Positions 10,700 to 22,788 are shown, numbered from the stretch's first letter. The stretch is 64,000 nt of DNA from Candidatus Omnitrophota bacterium (GCA_023247725.1 JAHFFW010000007.1:12243-76242); one strand, 5' to 3'. Program-made: numbers and translations. The notes: generated from the letters alone by a model not told the origin.

Positions 10700-12043
10700 C
10701 TATTTGAGCCATCCAACGATGGTTTGAAACAAGAGATAACCGTTCAGGATTACAATAACCCCGGTCGTGATCCAAGCCGTGATGGAAAGATAAAGGTGAT
10801 TAGTGAATTGACCCATTTTATTTTTTTCGCCCGTGAACCAAACGAGCGGGATAACCGCAAAACTCAATTGCAAAGAAAGAATAACCTGACTGAGGATCAG
10901 TAAATTGCCCACCCCTTTTTCGCCATATAATACCGCAACAATAACCGCCGGTACAATAGCAATTAATCGGGTGATGAGCCGGCGCATCCAGGGACGTAAG
11001 CGGATATTTAAAAAACCTTCCATGACAATCTGTCCAGCCAAAGTACCGGTGAGCGTCGAATTTTGTCCCGAGGCCAACAAGGCCAAGGCAAAAAGCGTGC
11101 TGGCTAATGGAACTCCCAGAACCGGAGAAAGCAATTGATAGGCGTCGTTAATATCCGTTACATTTTTGTAGGACGTGGAATGAAAGGCGGCTGCACTGAC
11201 AATGAGGATGGCCGCATTGATAAAAAACGCGCATAATAAAGCGGCCGTTGAATCGAGTGTAGCAAATTTGATCGCCATGGCCTTGCCTTCGTCATTACGT
11301 TCATAGGCCCGGGTTTGTACGATGCTCGAATGCAGATACAGATTGTGGGGCATAACGGTCGCCCCCAAGATTCCAATCGCAATGTAAAGCATATCCGGGT
11401 TAAGGACAATGACAGGCTTGGGAATCAAATTGCCGAAAATCGAAGAAACGGATGGATGGGAAATGATCAATTCGAAAGCAAAGCATCCGCCGATAATAAA
11501 AATCAAGGTGGCCACAATGCATTCCAAAATCCGAAAGCCTTTATTCTGCAATAAAAGGATGAGCAAGACATCGCACGCGGTCAAAACCACCCCCACCACC
11601 AAAGGAATACCCAACAGCAAATTGAGGGCAATGGCCGAACCAATGACTTCGGCCAGATCACAGGCGGCAATGGCAATTTCGCAAAGAAACCAAAGAAACA
11701 AACTCACCGGTCGAGAAAAATGATCCCGGCATGCCTGGGCCAGGTCTCGACCCGTCACAATTCCCAATTTCAGCGATAAATGCTGCAGCAAGATCGCCAT
11801 GAAATTGGATAAAAGAATGACGGAGAGTAGCGTGTAACCGAATTTTGCGCCTCCCGCCAAGTCCGTCGCCCAATTGCCGGGATCCATATAGCCCACGGCG
11901 ACCATAAGACCTGGCCCGGTAAAGGCGATGATTTTCCGCCAGACATTGGCATTCACCGGAATCCGGATCGTGGCATGCACTTCCGGCAAACTGGGTGTCG
12001 TGACTGGCCTTCTCCAGCCTGTTGTCGAAGATGGGTTATCCAT
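10700..12043 (-). CDS. mntH: NRAMP-family divalent metal (Mn2+/Fe2+) transporter
   Basis: GPGLMVAVGYMDPGNWATDLAGGA signature of NRAMP; start moved from TTG to ATG (MDNPSS) 7 nt downstream of GAGGGAAGGG; begins 17 nt after the Fur-family gene stop. Confidence 0.85.
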   Translation of the reverse strand: MDNPSSTTGWRRPVTTPSLPEVHATIRIPVNANVWRKIIAFTGPGLMVAVGYMDPGNWATDLAGGAKFGYTLLSVILLSNFMAILLQHLSLKLGIVTGRDLAQACRDHFSRPVSLFLWFLCEIAIAACDLAEVIGSAIALNLLLGIPLVVGVVLTACDVLLILLLQNKGFRILECIVATLIFIIGGCFAFELIISHPSVSSIFGNLIPKPVIVLNPDMLYIAIGILGATVMPHNLYLHSSIVQTRAYERNDEGKAMAIKFATLDSTAALLCAFFINAAILIVSAAAFHSTSYKNVTDINDAYQLLSPVLGVPLASTLFALALLASGQNSTLTGTLAGQIVMEGFLNIRLRPWMRRLITRLIAIVPAVIVAVLYGEKGVGNLLILSQVILSLQLSFAVIPLVWFTGEKNKMGQFTNHLYLSITAWITTGVIVILNGYLLFQTIVGWLK

Positions 12044-12062
12044 GGTCAATCCCTTCCCTCAC

Positions 12063-12515
12063 TTAGCGTCGGCAATGACGGCAAATTCCATAAAAATGCA
12101 TTTCATGACCAAGGATTTTAAATCCTTGCCTCTCCAGTAATGGACGATAGAGCCGATCTTCCTTCCGGTCGGGAAATTCGGTAAACCGATGGCAGCGGAT
12201 ACACTGGGCGTGATGATGGGGATCCTCATCGTAGATATGTTCATAATGATGGTGTTTATCGCCAAAGGCAGTCTCCCGGATGATTCCGGCCTCAAGAAGT
12301 TCTCGGAGGCTGCGATAGACCGTGGCGCGGGAAACCTTTTTGTGAATCCTCCTTAAGGATTTTACCAATTCCTCAGCGGTGAAGTGGCCGTGAAATCCAA
12401 TCACAGCTTCAAAGACAATCTGCCGGGCTTGACTAAGGCTTAACCCTAAGTCTTGCAGATGCCCTTCCAGTTTTAAACGCTCTCTAAAAATGATGGGTGA
12501 CCGGATCTTGACCAT
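12063..12515 (-). CDS. Fur-family metalloregulator (likely Mn/Fe uptake regulator given adjacent mntH)
   Basis: HHHYEHIYD...HHHAQC, CxxC...CRHC C-terminal zinc/metal sites, N-terminal winged helix; start at internal ATG MVKIRS (150 aa). Confidence 0.8.
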   Translation of the reverse strand: MVKIRSPIIFRERLKLEGHLQDLGLSLSQARQIVFEAVIGFHGHFTAEELVKSLRRIHKKVSRATVYRSLRELLEAGIIRETAFGDKHHHYEHIYDEDPHHHAQCIRCHRFTEFPDRKEDRLYRPLLERQGFKILGHEMHFYGICRHCRR

Positions 12516-12580
12516 GATGAGACAGTGTATCATCCAATGGCTCAGAGTCAAACATCTTTGTTCAAATTATAGAGGAGAAT

Positions 12581-13129
12581 TTAACGCCACTTGATGGAAC
12601 AGCCCATGGAAGGTTTTTGCTCGCGGCGAATGGGCTTATTCGCTGCCAAATTATTCACGGCTTCTTTGAGTTCTTCGCGCGTCACTTGGGATTCATCCTG
12701 CCAATTGTCATCCACGCGGCCGTGATAAATCAGTTCTTGCTGGGCATTAAACAGGTAGATATCCGGTGTGCATTGGGCCCGGAACGAATCGGCGACCTTT
12801 TGAGTCTCATCGACGAGATAAGGAAAATCAATCTCCAATTCCTTAATCTTGTCGATCATCTTAGCCGGTGCGTCGTCCGGATAATCTGGATGGATGTTGG
12901 GATTGATGGCAACCGTGTTAATTCCGGCGGATTTGGCAGAGCGGGCGATTCGAATGAGACGCGGCCAAACGGCAATGGCATAGGGACAATGATTGCAAGT
13001 AAAAAAAACGAGGAGCCCTCGCTTACCAAAGAGACCATCACTTTTATAGTTTTTCCCCATCGGATCTTTTAACTCAAAAGCAGGCATCTTTGAACCTAAT
13101 GGAACAATGACGGATTCCAATAAGGCCAT
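12581..13129 (-). CDS. thioredoxin-fold thiol-disulfide oxidoreductase (redoxin/AhpC-TSA family)
   Basis: CNHCP active-site motif in a thioredoxin-like fold, 182 aa; AAGGAGAG RBS upstream of ATG. Confidence 0.7.
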   Translation of the reverse strand: MALLESVIVPLGSKMPAFELKDPMGKNYKSDGLFGKRGLLVFFTCNHCPYAIAVWPRLIRIARSAKSAGINTVAINPNIHPDYPDDAPAKMIDKIKELEIDFPYLVDETQKVADSFRAQCTPDIYLFNAQQELIYHGRVDDNWQDESQVTREELKEAVNNLAANKPIRREQKPSMGCSIKWR

Positions 13130-13167
13130 GGTTCACTCTCCTTCTTTTCCTTCGGCGATTCCCACCT

Positions 13168-13215
13168 TTTCCCCCGCTTCGTAAGTGGGCACCTCGTAGG
13201 TGGGCACTTCGTAGG
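13168..13215. repeat. 3 tandem copies of 15-bp unit CTCGTA(A/G)GTGGGCAC (reverse complement of the GTGCCCACTTACGAG repeat at 63026-63100)
   Basis: Read directly: gcTTCGTAAGTGGGCAC CTCGTAGGTGGGCAC TTCGTAGGTGGGttgg in the divergent intergenic region between redoxin (-) and MBL hydrolase (+). Confidence 0.8.
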
Positions 13216-13314
13216 TGGGTTGGGTTTACTTACTGAATTCCGGCGATTATTATAGGCTCCGCCTCGGACCTGTCAAGTCTGAGCCAAGACCCTCTTGGGG
13301 TGAGGAAAATTTCT

Positions 13315-13343
13315 TTGCATCGATTATGGAAACTTCTTATAAT
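13315..13343 (+). promoter_or_regulatory. sigma70-like promoter TTGCAT-N17-TATAAT for MBL-fold hydrolase gene
   Basis: Exact consensus -10 with 17-bp spacer, ~20 nt upstream of AAGGAG RBS and ATG at 13366. Confidence 0.5.
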
Positions 13344-13365
13344 GAAGGCAACTAAAGGAGTGACA

Positions 13366-14019
13366 ATGATTTCTAAAAAGGTGATTTTAAAACAATACGA
13401 ATTAGGGCCCTTACAGAATTTTCTTTATTTTTTGGGTGATCCCGCCACCAAGGAAATCGCGGTTATTGATCCCGCCTGGAATGTGGACTTCCTTATTAGG
13501 GAAGCGAAAAAATATGGATTCACCATCTCGAGTGTTTTTCTGACCCACGGCCATCCGGATCACGTCAATGGCCTCGATGCGTTGTTAGCGAAATGCGATG
13601 TCCCTGCCTACATCTGTTCGCAGGAAGCGGACTTTTATAAGCCGCGCCATAAAAATCTTAAAAAAATAAAACCAAACGAATCTCTTCAAATAGGCCAATT
13701 AAGTATTAAAACAATCCATACGCCAGGCCATTCTCCCGGTTGCCAATGCTTTTTGGTCGAGAACATCCTCATTTGTGGTGACACCCTGTTCATCGACGGG
13801 TGCGGCCGCTGCGACCTTCCCGGAAGCGATCCAAACCAGATGTATGATTCCCTTTATAAAAAACTCATGCCCCTGCCTGATTCCTTGATTGTCTTCTCCG
13901 GACATAATTATGGAGCAAGCGAATGCGATACCCTGGGCAATCAAAAACGTACCAATCCCTACCTGCAGGCCTCCAGCCAGGAAGATTTCCTCGTCACCCG
14001 CATGGGAATTTTTCGTTGA
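13366..14019 (+). CDS. MBL-fold metallo-hydrolase (hydroxyacylglutathione hydrolase/GloB-like)
   Basis: THGHPDH zinc motif, GHSPG, overall GloB-like order; start moved to ATG MISKKV with AAGGAG 7 nt upstream. Confidence 0.8.
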   Translation: MISKKVILKQYELGPLQNFLYFLGDPATKEIAVIDPAWNVDFLIREAKKYGFTISSVFLTHGHPDHVNGLDALLAKCDVPAYICSQEADFYKPRHKNLKKIKPNESLQIGQLSIKTIHTPGHSPGCQCFLVENILICGDTLFIDGCGRCDLPGSDPNQMYDSLYKKLMPLPDSLIVFSGHNYGASECDTLGNQKRTNPYLQASSQEDFLVTRMGIFR

Positions 14020-14024
14020 TCGAT

Positions 14025-14906
14025 TTAACCTTTGGCATCGTCTTTGTTGAACCCGCCAAAAAGAAACTTTCTAACGACGGCGCTATATAAGCCAAAGGGA
14101 AGGATTCTCCGTAAAGTGTAAAGGAATCGGCCTTCAAAATCGGGGATATTACGAAATGGCATTCTGGGGTTTCTTACAATTTTTTCGATCGGTGCGGCGA
14201 CCATCTCGGGATCTTTGTTGCAGTTCTCAACGTAGGCCATCATTTTATGGCGTAAAAATTGTGACCAGGCAAAGTACGGACTCAACGGGTTGTCAAAATT
14301 TTCCGCGTATCGGGCATTTTCATGAAAAATTTTGGTACGAAAAGTCCCGGGTTCAACCAGATGAACCCGGATGCCAAACAACTGCAATTCATAAAAAAGG
14401 CTTTCCGTAAAAGCCTCCAGCGCCCATTTGCTCGAGCTGTAGGCCCCGAAACAGGGATTTGCTTGAAATCCCGACACGCTCGAAATATTGATGATCGTCC
14501 CCTGCCGTCGGGCCCGCATGGAGGGAATCACTTCGCGCAGACAATTGAGGACTCCAAAAAAATTCACCTCGAATTGCTGACGGATGTCTCGATCCGTCAG
14601 ATCCTCAAAAAATCCTCCGACGCCAAAACCAGCATTATTGATTAACACCTCAATCTTCCCTTGGTCTTTGAGAATTTTTTCAACCGCCTTGCGAATGGAG
14701 GTTTTATCCGTCACATCTAAAGCCATCACCTGGATCTGGCCGCCCTTTTTTCTGACGGCTTCCTGCAGCGCGACCTGCTTATCCGGATTACGCATGGTGG
14801 CATAAACGATGTGTCCGCGGCTGGCTAAACGCGCCGCACTCAACAGACCAAAACCGCTGGATGTTCCAGTAATCAAAACAATTTTGGGATCGACTGTCGG
14901 GTTCAT
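14025..14906 (-). CDS. short-chain dehydrogenase/reductase (SDR)
   Basis: LITGTSSGFG Rossmann motif, YSSSK catalytic motif; start moved from TTG to ATG MNPTVD. Confidence 0.8.
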   Translation of the reverse strand: MNPTVDPKIVLITGTSSGFGLLSAARLASRGHIVYATMRNPDKQVALQEAVRKKGGQIQVMALDVTDKTSIRKAVEKILKDQGKIEVLINNAGFGVGGFFEDLTDRDIRQQFEVNFFGVLNCLREVIPSMRARRQGTIINISSVSGFQANPCFGAYSSSKWALEAFTESLFYELQLFGIRVHLVEPGTFRTKIFHENARYAENFDNPLSPYFAWSQFLRHKMMAYVENCNKDPEMVAAPIEKIVRNPRMPFRNIPDFEGRFLYTLRRILPFGLYSAVVRKFLFGGFNKDDAKG

Positions 14907-14948
14907 CGTGGAGTCGGACAAGAAAAAATTTGGGAAAGGAGAATGGTT

Positions 14949-16016
14949 TTAACCGCGAACGGCCTTTTGCAGCAGTAAACTATCGGTGAGACAGATGGCG
15001 ATCATGGCTTCGACGACCGGAACCGCTCGAGGGCAAATGCATGGGTCATGCCTTCCCTTCACCTGGACCTGAACGGGCTGCTGGTTTTTGTCGAGGGTAT
15101 TTTGTAGTTGGGAAATTGAGGAGGCGGGTTTGATGGCGACGCGAATAACAATATCTTCACCGGTTGAAATCCCACCCAGGATGCCACCGCAATGATTGGT
15201 TCGAGTGCGAATGTTTCCGTCTTTCATATAGAACACATCGTTAGCTTCACTGCCGCGCATTTTTGTAATTTCAAAACCAGAACCGATTTCAATCCCTTTA
15301 ACGGTCCCGATGGACATAAGACCATAAGCGAGCTTGGCCGATAACTTATCGTAGATGGGATCACCGAGTCCGGCCGGACAGCCTTTGGCCACCGCTTCAA
15401 TGATACCTCCGACGGAATCTCCGGCTTTACGGGCTGCCTCGATGCATTCAATCATTTCCTTGGCCTTTTCCAAATCCGGAGCCCTAACGGGATTTTTTTC
15501 AATGGCGGATAAATCGATCTTCTGAGCACAAATGCCGTTGACTGCCAAAGTGTATGCCCTCACCGTGGTTCCTTGCTGCCCGATGATTTTCTTGGCAATG
15601 GCGCCGGCGGCAACCCGGCACGCGGTTTCCCGGCCGGAGGCCCGCCCCCCGCCCTGATAATCGCGAATTCCATATTTCGCAAAATACGGATAATCGGCAT
15701 GCCCGGGGCGAAAGACCTCTTTGATATTGGAATAATCTTTGCTCCGTTGATCTTCATTGCGAATAAGAATCGCGACGGGCGAACCGGTGGTTTTGCCTTC
15801 GAAGATTCCAGAAAGGATTTCAGCTGTATCAGATTCTTGTCGCTGGGTCGTAATGGAACTTTGGCCTGGCCGGCGCCGATCGAGATCAGCTTGAATGTCG
15901 TCGGCACTAATGGCCACCCCGGGGGGAACTCCATCGATAACCACACCGATGGCCGGGCCGTGGCTTTCGCCAAAGGTCGTGATTCGAAAAATTTCTCCGA
16001 AGGAATTACTGGCCAT
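14949..16016 (-). CDS. aroC: chorismate synthase
   Basis: MASNSFGEIFRITTFGESHGPAIGVVIDGVPPGV N-terminus and conserved core; 355 aa. Confidence 0.9.
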   Translation of the reverse strand: MASNSFGEIFRITTFGESHGPAIGVVIDGVPPGVAISADDIQADLDRRRPGQSSITTQRQESDTAEILSGIFEGKTTGSPVAILIRNEDQRSKDYSNIKEVFRPGHADYPYFAKYGIRDYQGGGRASGRETACRVAAGAIAKKIIGQQGTTVRAYTLAVNGICAQKIDLSAIEKNPVRAPDLEKAKEMIECIEAARKAGDSVGGIIEAVAKGCPAGLGDPIYDKLSAKLAYGLMSIGTVKGIEIGSGFEITKMRGSEANDVFYMKDGNIRTRTNHCGGILGGISTGEDIVIRVAIKPASSISQLQNTLDKNQQPVQVQVKGRHDPCICPRAVPVVEAMIAICLTDSLLLQKAVRG

Positions 16017-16053
16017 AATCTCGTCTTACGTTCCTCGTCCTACGTTTATAAAA

Positions 16054-17751
16054 TTACAAGTCTGTGACCGCCCCCTGAGACGCGGAACTTACGGACCTCA
16101 TATATTTACTGAGCACCCCGCGCGCATAACGCGGTCGGGGCTGTTTCCATTGCTTTAAGCGCTTGTTGATTTCCGCATGAGAAAGATTCAAGTTGATCTC
16201 TCTTTTTTTAGTATCGATTGTGATCGAATCCCCATTTTTGATGATGGCAATCGGCCCACCGACATAGGCCTCGGGAGTGATATGTCCGACGACAAATCCA
16301 TGGCTTCCACCAGAGAAACGCCCATCGGTAATCAAGGCCACGCTCTTTCCCAAACCTTTCCCCATGACCGCGGAGGTCGGGGCCAGCATCTCGCGCATGC
16401 CGGGTCCGCCTTTGGGTCCTTCATAGCGGATCACAATCACATCGCCTTTTTTGATTGTCCCGTCCAAAATCTTCGTTAACGCGGTTTCTTCCGATTCAAA
16501 AACCCGAACGATTCCGGTGAATTGCTCACCTTCCTTGCCCGTGATCTTGGCGACTGCCCCGGTAGGAGCCAGATTTCCGTAGAGAATAATCAAATGACTA
16601 TCTTTTTTGATCGGATCAGCAAACGGACGCACGATTTTTTGTTCTGACGGATACGACGCAACCTTCTGCAAGTTTTCTTTGAGTGTTTTTCCGGTCACGG
16701 TCAAACAACCGCCGTGCAATAAATTTTTATCCAAAAGCATTTTCATCAAAGGCAAGGTTCCGCCGATTGCCACAAGCTCGGCCATCATAAAGCGCCCGCT
16801 TGGTTTGAGGTCAGCCAAAACCGGAACCCTTTTTCCAATGCGGCTAAAATCATCGATCGTCAATTTCACTCCGGCCGCATGGGCCATGGCCAAAAGATGC
16901 AACACCGCGTTGGTTGAACCGCCGAGCGCGATGACCAGCGTAATCGCATTTTCAAAGGCTTCCTTCGTCATGATATCCCGAGGCCGGATTCCCAATTTGA
17001 TCAGATTCAACACCGCCTTGCCCGCCTCAAGGCAATCTTGATTTTTTTCCGCCGACACCGCCGCCTGAGCCGAGCTATTGGGAAGACTCATCCCGAGGGC
17101 CTCAATGGCGCAGGCCATGGTGTTCGCCGTATACATCCCTCCGCACGATCCCGGGCCTGGGATTGAGCAGGATTCAATCTCTCTCAGTTCCTGGTCATTG
17201 ATTTTACGATTGGCATGGGCGCCGACCGCTTCAAAAACGGAAACGATATCGACCTTTTTATCTCTGTAACAGCCCGGAAGGATCGTTCCTCCGTAGACAA
17301 AAACCGCCGGCCGATTTAACCGCGCCATCGCGATCAGGCAACCCGGCATATTTTTGTCACAACCTCCGATGGCCACCAACCCATCAAAACCCTCGCAGCC
17401 CATCACCGTTTCCACACTATCGGCAATGACCTCGCGCGAAACCAGCGAATATTTCATACCCTCGGTGCCCATGGAAATTCCGTCGGAAACGGTGATCGTT
17501 CCAAAGATCACTGCCTTTCCTCCGTTCTCATCAACGCCTTGAGCGGCCTTTTGCGCTAGACGGTCGATGTGCATGTTGCAAGGAGTCAACATGCTCCAGG
17601 TTGAAGCAATCCCAATTTGAGATTTTTTAAAATCGTCATCCTTAAATCCCACTGCGCGCAGCATGGCCCTGGACGGGGCGCGTTCGTGGCCGTCGATCAC
17701 GAGGCTCGAATGTTGACGTTCTAATGTTTTGGGAGGAATTTTTTTGCTCAT
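16054..17751 (-). CDS. ilvD: dihydroxy-acid dehydratase
   Basis: 565 aa, CDKNMPG and [11 protein letters not shown] motifs; ATG overlaps leuD stop by 1 nt (TGATG). Confidence 0.9.
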   Translation of the reverse strand: MSKKIPPKTLERQHSSLVIDGHERAPSRAMLRAVGFKDDDFKKSQIGIASTWSMLTPCNMHIDRLAQKAAQGVDENGGKAVIFGTITVSDGISMGTEGMKYSLVSREVIADSVETVMGCEGFDGLVAIGGCDKNMPGCLIAMARLNRPAVFVYGGTILPGCYRDKKVDIVSVFEAVGAHANRKINDQELREIESCSIPGPGSCGGMYTANTMACAIEALGMSLPNSSAQAAVSAEKNQDCLEAGKAVLNLIKLGIRPRDIMTKEAFENAITLVIALGGSTNAVLHLLAMAHAAGVKLTIDDFSRIGKRVPVLADLKPSGRFMMAELVAIGGTLPLMKMLLDKNLLHGGCLTVTGKTLKENLQKVASYPSEQKIVRPFADPIKKDSHLIILYGNLAPTGAVAKITGKEGEQFTGIVRVFESEETALTKILDGTIKKGDVIVIRYEGPKGGPGMREMLAPTSAVMGKGLGKSVALITDGRFSGGSHGFVVGHITPEAYVGGPIAIIKNGDSITIDTKKREINLNLSHAEINKRLKQWKQPRPRYARGVLSKYMRSVSSASQGAVTDL

Positions 17752-18362
17752 CAGGCGAGCCAGGGTTTATTTCTCTTCAGATCCTGTTCGTAGGTGGAAA
17801 TCTTTTTATCAAACTGCATGGTCCACCCGATTTGGTCCAATCCCTTCAAAAGGCAATCCTTCGAAAACGGGTGTATGGAAAATGAATACTGTTGACCGGC
17901 CGCGATTAAAGTCTGACCAGACAAATCCGCCGTAAAATGGATTCCGGGTTGATGGCTAACTAATTGAAAAAGCTCGTCTACTTCCGACGATTTTAAAGTG
18001 ATGAGAAGAATCCCGTTTTTTACGCAATTATTCGCGAAGATGTCCGCAAAGCTCGGAGCAATGATTACTTTAAATCCATAATCGGCCAACGCCCAGGGCG
18101 CATGTTCGCGGCTGGAGCCGCAGCCAAAATTGTCTCTCGTCAAAAGAATCGAGGCTCGACGGAAAACCGGTTGATTCAGAATAAAGTCAGGATTTTCTTT
18201 CGTGCCTTCATAATCCAAATACCGCCACTCATGGAACAGATGAACCCCGAATCCAGTTCGTTCAATCTTTCTTAAAAATTGTTTTGGAATAATCGCATCG
18301 GTATCGATGTTGGCCCGGTCAAGCGGAGCCGCAAGACCAGTATGGGTTTTGAAAGGTTCCAT
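17751..18362 (-). CDS. leuD: 3-isopropylmalate dehydratase small subunit
   Basis: [30 protein letters not shown] matches LeuD N-terminus, so start placed at this internal ATG rather than track start 18404. Confidence 0.85.
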   Translation of the reverse strand: MEPFKTHTGLAAPLDRANIDTDAIIPKQFLRKIERTGFGVHLFHEWRYLDYEGTKENPDFILNQPVFRRASILLTRDNFGCGSSREHAPWALADYGFKVIIAPSFADIFANNCVKNGILLITLKSSEVDELFQLVSHQPGIHFTADLSGQTLIAAGQQYSFSIHPFSKDCLLKGLDQIGWTMQFDKKISTYEQDLKRNKPWLA

Positions 18363-18437
18363 GGTTTGTCTTTCAATAGAAACTTGCGAAATGGTGTAAG
18401 GCATCTTTGGGATTGATGAGAAAGGGGTTCGCTTTAA

Positions 18438-19844
18438 TCAATTCTTTAAAAATTTTCGCACATCGGTGATTTTGCCTTCAATGGCGGCGGCGACCGCCAT
18501 CTGCGGACTCATCAGATGGGTTCTTCCGCCCGGACCCTGACGGCCTTCGAAATTGCGGTTACTCGTCGAGGCGCACCGCTCGCCTTTTTTGAGCTGATCA
18601 TCGTTCATGCCTAAGCACATGGAGCATCCGGCATAACGCCATTCGAATCCGGCATCAACAAAAATTTTGTCGAGCCCCTCTCTCATGGCCTGTTCACGAA
18701 CCCGGCCAGATCCGGGAACAACGATGGCGTTAACCTGGGGATGAACTTTCCTGCCTTTGACTAAAAGGGCAGCGGCGCGCAGATCTTCAATCCTCGCGTT
18801 GGTGCAAGATCCGATAAAAACCTTGTCAATGGCAATCGCGGTCATGGGAGTCTTCGGTTGCAGATCCATATAGGCTAAGGCATTTCTCGCCGCGGTGCGC
18901 TCCACGGGATTGGCGAATTCCTCTGGATCCGGAATCTGACCAGAAACAGACGTCACTTGACCGGGACTTGTTCCCCAGGTCACCATGGGTTCAATATCCT
19001 CGGCTTTGATCTCAATTGCCTTATCAAATCGTGCGCCGGGATCGCTCGCGAGTGTCCGCCAATAATGAACAGCTTGGTCCCACTCTTTACCTTTCGGAGA
19101 AAAATCCCTTCCCTTTAAATAACGGAACGTGGTTTCATCGGGAGCGACCATCCCAGCGCGAGCCCCGGCCTCGATCGTCATATTGCAGATGGTCATGCGG
19201 CCTTCCATACTTAAGCTGCGAATGGCTCCCCCTCCATATTCAATGACATAACCAGTGGCTCCGGCGGTACCGATCCTACCGATGATATAAAGGATAATGT
19301 CCTTAGCCGTCACACCAAAACCCAATTGGCCCTCCACCTTGATCAACATGGATTTGGCTTTTTGTTGCTGAAGGGTTTGGGTGGCCAGGACATGTTCGAC
19401 TTCCGATGTGCCGATTCCAAAAGCCAAGGCCCCAAAGGCCCCATGCGTCGAGGTATGGGAATCGCCGCAGACAATGACCATCCCGGGTTGAGTGATTCCC
19501 AATTCCGGTCCGATGACATGCACGATGCCCTGATCATGGTGCTGGAAGTCATAAAGGGTAATGCCGAATTCCTTGCAGTTGTTGGCCAAGGTTTCCATTT
19601 GTAATCTTGAGGTCGGTTCGGTTTTGGAGAAATCCTTCGTTCGCGTGGAGACATTATGATCCATAGTGGCAAAGGTTTTCTTTGGATTCCTTACCGTCCT
19701 TCGAGAAACACGCAACCCCGCGAATGCCTGCGGCGAGGTCACCTCATGAACCAAATGCCGGTCAACATAAATCAGCGACGTGGCATCCGGTTGGCTAAGG
19801 ACCAAATGGTCTTCCCAGATTTTTTCGTATAAGGCTTTACCCAT
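18438..19844 (-). CDS. leuC: 3-isopropylmalate dehydratase large subunit
   Basis: [14 protein letters not shown]-terminus, aconitase-family Cys ligands; track start 19856 is TTG, ATG at 19844 chosen. Confidence 0.9.
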   Translation of the reverse strand: MGKALYEKIWEDHLVLSQPDATSLIYVDRHLVHEVTSPQAFAGLRVSRRTVRNPKKTFATMDHNVSTRTKDFSKTEPTSRLQMETLANNCKEFGITLYDFQHHDQGIVHVIGPELGITQPGMVIVCGDSHTSTHGAFGALAFGIGTSEVEHVLATQTLQQQKAKSMLIKVEGQLGFGVTAKDIILYIIGRIGTAGATGYVIEYGGGAIRSLSMEGRMTICNMTIEAGARAGMVAPDETTFRYLKGRDFSPKGKEWDQAVHYWRTLASDPGARFDKAIEIKAEDIEPMVTWGTSPGQVTSVSGQIPDPEEFANPVERTAARNALAYMDLQPKTPMTAIAIDKVFIGSCTNARIEDLRAAALLVKGRKVHPQVNAIVVPGSGRVREQAMREGLDKIFVDAGFEWRYAGCSMCLGMNDDQLKKGERCASTSNRNFEGRQGPGGRTHLMSPQMAVAAAIEGKITDVRKFLKN

Positions 19845-19951
19845 CGACACTCTCAAAATGAAGTGGCCTACAATTTTCCGGCGGGTTTCGACAGAATGCC
19901 AGCGATTGTAGCGAAAATGGCGGGGGATGTCAATTGTTGTGTGAAACTCGT

Positions 19952-22663
19952 TTAGATCTTTTGGGCCAGCTTGCGTAAAACTGTGGGCAGGATCCCGCCG
20001 TTTCGGTAATAGACGATATCCACGGGTGTGTCAAGACGGGCAATAGCGAAAATTTCCTTACGATGACCTTCAGAAGATGTCGCAACAACTTTTATTTGCG
20101 CACGCGGTTTAATGGAGTCATTCAGACTCAACAGATCAAACGTTTCGGTTCCTTTAAGGCCCAGGGTTTGGGCATTTTCACCAGGACGATAAATCAAGGG
20201 AAGGACACCCATCCCCACAAGATTGCTGCGATGGATGCGTTCATAACTTTCTGCCAAGACAAATTTTACTCCCAAGAGCGCTGTCCCTTTCGCAGCCCAG
20301 TCGCGGCTTGAACCCGTTCCATATTCCTTGCCCGCCAGAACCAGCAACGGCGTTTGATCTTTTTTATAACGGATCGCGGCATCATAAATGCTCATGAGTT
20401 CATTGGTCGGAAAATAATTGGTCCAGGAACCCTCTTTGCCCGGCGCCAGAAGATTGCGTAAACGAATATTGGCGAATGTGCCCCTCGTCATCACCCGATC
20501 ATTACCTCGACGGGAACCGTAACTGTTAAATTCAATGGGTGTGACGCCGAGTTCCTGGAGATATTGTCCTGCCGGGCTTTGGGCCTGGATATCTCCAGCC
20601 GGAGAAATATGATCGGTGGTAATGGAGTCCCCCACCATCACCAAAACTCTGGCCCCCCGAATTTCATTTAAGGGATTGACCTGCAAAGAAAAATTTTCAA
20701 AAAAGGGCGGCTCCTGGATGTAGGTGCTTTCCTTTTTCCATTCGTAAAGATCCGACTCGCTGCTCCTGATCCGGTTCCAGTTCTCATTTCCTTTTAAAAC
20801 ATCCTGATAACTCTCCCGAAAATGCCGGGCCGTGACAAAACGTGCCACGAGGTCATTGACCTCCTTTTGAGGGGGCCAAATGTCTTTGAGATAGACATCC
20901 TTTCCCTGTGAATCTTTTCCTAAAGGCTCCTTCGTCAAATCAATATCCACCGTCCCGGCAAGCGCGTAAGCCACGACTAAAGGCGGACTCGCTAAATAAT
21001 TGGCTCGCGTTAAAGGATTAATCCTCCCCTCGAAGTTGCGGTTCCCGCTAAGCACACTGGCAACGACGAGATTCGCCCTCTCCACGGCCTCGGCGACTTT
21101 CGTCGGCAAAGGCCCGCTATTTCCGATACAGGTCGTGCACCCATAACCCACCAAATGAAAACCCAATTGTTCCAAATAAGGCATGAGTCCTGCTGCTTTT
21201 AAATATTCATCGACGACTTTCGAACCGGGCGCGAGGCTGGTTTTGACATAATGTTTCACCTGCAGTCCCTTTTCGACGGCCCGTTTGGCTAATAGTCCGG
21301 CTCCCATGAGGACAGAAGGGTTCGAAGTATTCGTACAACTGGTGATGGCAGCGATGACCACGGAACCGTGGGCTAATCGTTCCATTATCCCGTTAGAAAG
21401 ATTCGCCACCTGATTTAATGCGGTCTTATCTAAACCAAACCCGCGTTCCGCGACAGGCGTTTGTAAGGTTTTTTCAAAGTTTTGTTTCATGTCGCTTAAA
21501 GGGACGCGGTCCTGGGGTCGTTTTGGGCCGGCTAAGCAGGAAACCACCGTCGATAAATCGAGACTTAGAACATCAGTGTATTGAGGATCATTCTTTCCTG
21601 GGACATAGAACAGGTCCTGCTCTTTCATATAATGCTCAACGAGTTCGACTTCCTCTTTGCTACGACCGGTCAACTGCAAATAACGCAGCGTTTCCTGGTC
21701 AACCGGGAAAAATCCAATCGTGGCGCCATATTCCGGGGCCATGTTGGAAATCGTTGCACGGTCGGGAAGACTGAGCCTCGAAACTCCTGGACCAAAGAAC
21801 TCCACAAATTTATCCACAACGCCTTTTTTGCGCAGCATTTGAGTGACGGTCAAAACGAGATCCGTCGCGGTCACCCCTTCTGACAATTGACCATTTAATT
21901 GAAAACCGATCACCTCCGGCATGAGCATGTAAATGGGCTCACCGAGCATGACCGCCTCAGCCTCAATCCCTCCGACACCCCACCCGACAATTCCCAGGCC
22001 ATTGATCATGGTCGTGTGGCTGTCGGTTCCGACGAGGCTATCAGGATAAACGACCGTTTCCTGGCCAGACTTCGTCTGTAAAACCCCCTTGGCCAGATAT
22101 TCAAGATTCACTTGATGGACAATGCCGGTTGCCGGTGGCACGACTCGAAAGTTGGCCAGGGCATGCTGGCCCCATTTGAGAAATTCGTATCGCTCAATGT
22201 TGCGTTCGAATTCTTTGGCCACATTGATTCTAAAGGCATCGGACGAACCAAAGGCGTCGACTTGGACAGAATGATCGATGACCAAATCGCACTGAACGAG
22301 CGGATTGATCCGACGGATGTCCCCACCCAGCCTTTTCATGGCTGAACGCATGGCCGCCAGATCAACGACGCAAGGAACGCCGGTAAAATCCTGCAAGATC
22401 ACCCGGCCTGGCTTAAAAGCAATTTCACTAGGATTAGAATTTTGGGCCGTCCATCCGGCCAGCTTACGGATGTCTTCCTGAGTCACTTGAAAATTGTCGT
22501 AATTTCGCAGGGCGCTTTCCAAAAGCACCTTTATGGAAAAGGGAAGATTGGGATTAACCGCAATGCCAATCGCATTCAAATCCCGGAGGCAGTAGTAGGA
22601 ATACTGCTGGGTGGGCAATTTGAGAAGTTTTTTCGTTCCCTGAGTCGAAAAAGTTGGGCTCAT
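19952..22663 (-). CDS. acnA: aconitate hydratase A
   Basis: 903 aa from [15 protein letters not shown] (AGGAG RBS 4 nt upstream); aconitase domains and [13 protein letters not shown]-terminal motif. Confidence 0.9.
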   Translation of the reverse strand: MSPTFSTQGTKKLLKLPTQQYSYYCLRDLNAIGIAVNPNLPFSIKVLLESALRNYDNFQVTQEDIRKLAGWTAQNSNPSEIAFKPGRVILQDFTGVPCVVDLAAMRSAMKRLGGDIRRINPLVQCDLVIDHSVQVDAFGSSDAFRINVAKEFERNIERYEFLKWGQHALANFRVVPPATGIVHQVNLEYLAKGVLQTKSGQETVVYPDSLVGTDSHTTMINGLGIVGWGVGGIEAEAVMLGEPIYMLMPEVIGFQLNGQLSEGVTATDLVLTVTQMLRKKGVVDKFVEFFGPGVSRLSLPDRATISNMAPEYGATIGFFPVDQETLRYLQLTGRSKEEVELVEHYMKEQDLFYVPGKNDPQYTDVLSLDLSTVVSCLAGPKRPQDRVPLSDMKQNFEKTLQTPVAERGFGLDKTALNQVANLSNGIMERLAHGSVVIAAITSCTNTSNPSVLMGAGLLAKRAVEKGLQVKHYVKTSLAPGSKVVDEYLKAAGLMPYLEQLGFHLVGYGCTTCIGNSGPLPTKVAEAVERANLVVASVLSGNRNFEGRINPLTRANYLASPPLVVAYALAGTVDIDLTKEPLGKDSQGKDVYLKDIWPPQKEVNDLVARFVTARHFRESYQDVLKGNENWNRIRSSESDLYEWKKESTYIQEPPFFENFSLQVNPLNEIRGARVLVMVGDSITTDHISPAGDIQAQSPAGQYLQELGVTPIEFNSYGSRRGNDRVMTRGTFANIRLRNLLAPGKEGSWTNYFPTNELMSIYDAAIRYKKDQTPLLVLAGKEYGTGSSRDWAAKGTALLGVKFVLAESYERIHRSNLVGMGVLPLIYRPGENAQTLGLKGTETFDLLSLNDSIKPRAQIKVVATSSEGHRKEIFAIARLDTPVDIVYYRNGGILPTVLRKLAQKI

Positions 22664-22788
22664 CAGGCTCCTGGCTGAACTTAAAAGCTTCATTGAAACG
22701 ATTTTTATTATAGATAAACGATTCCCGGCCGTCAATTCGTATTCATAGAATTTTCGTTAAGATTCGCCGAGAAAACCTGAAATTGGAC

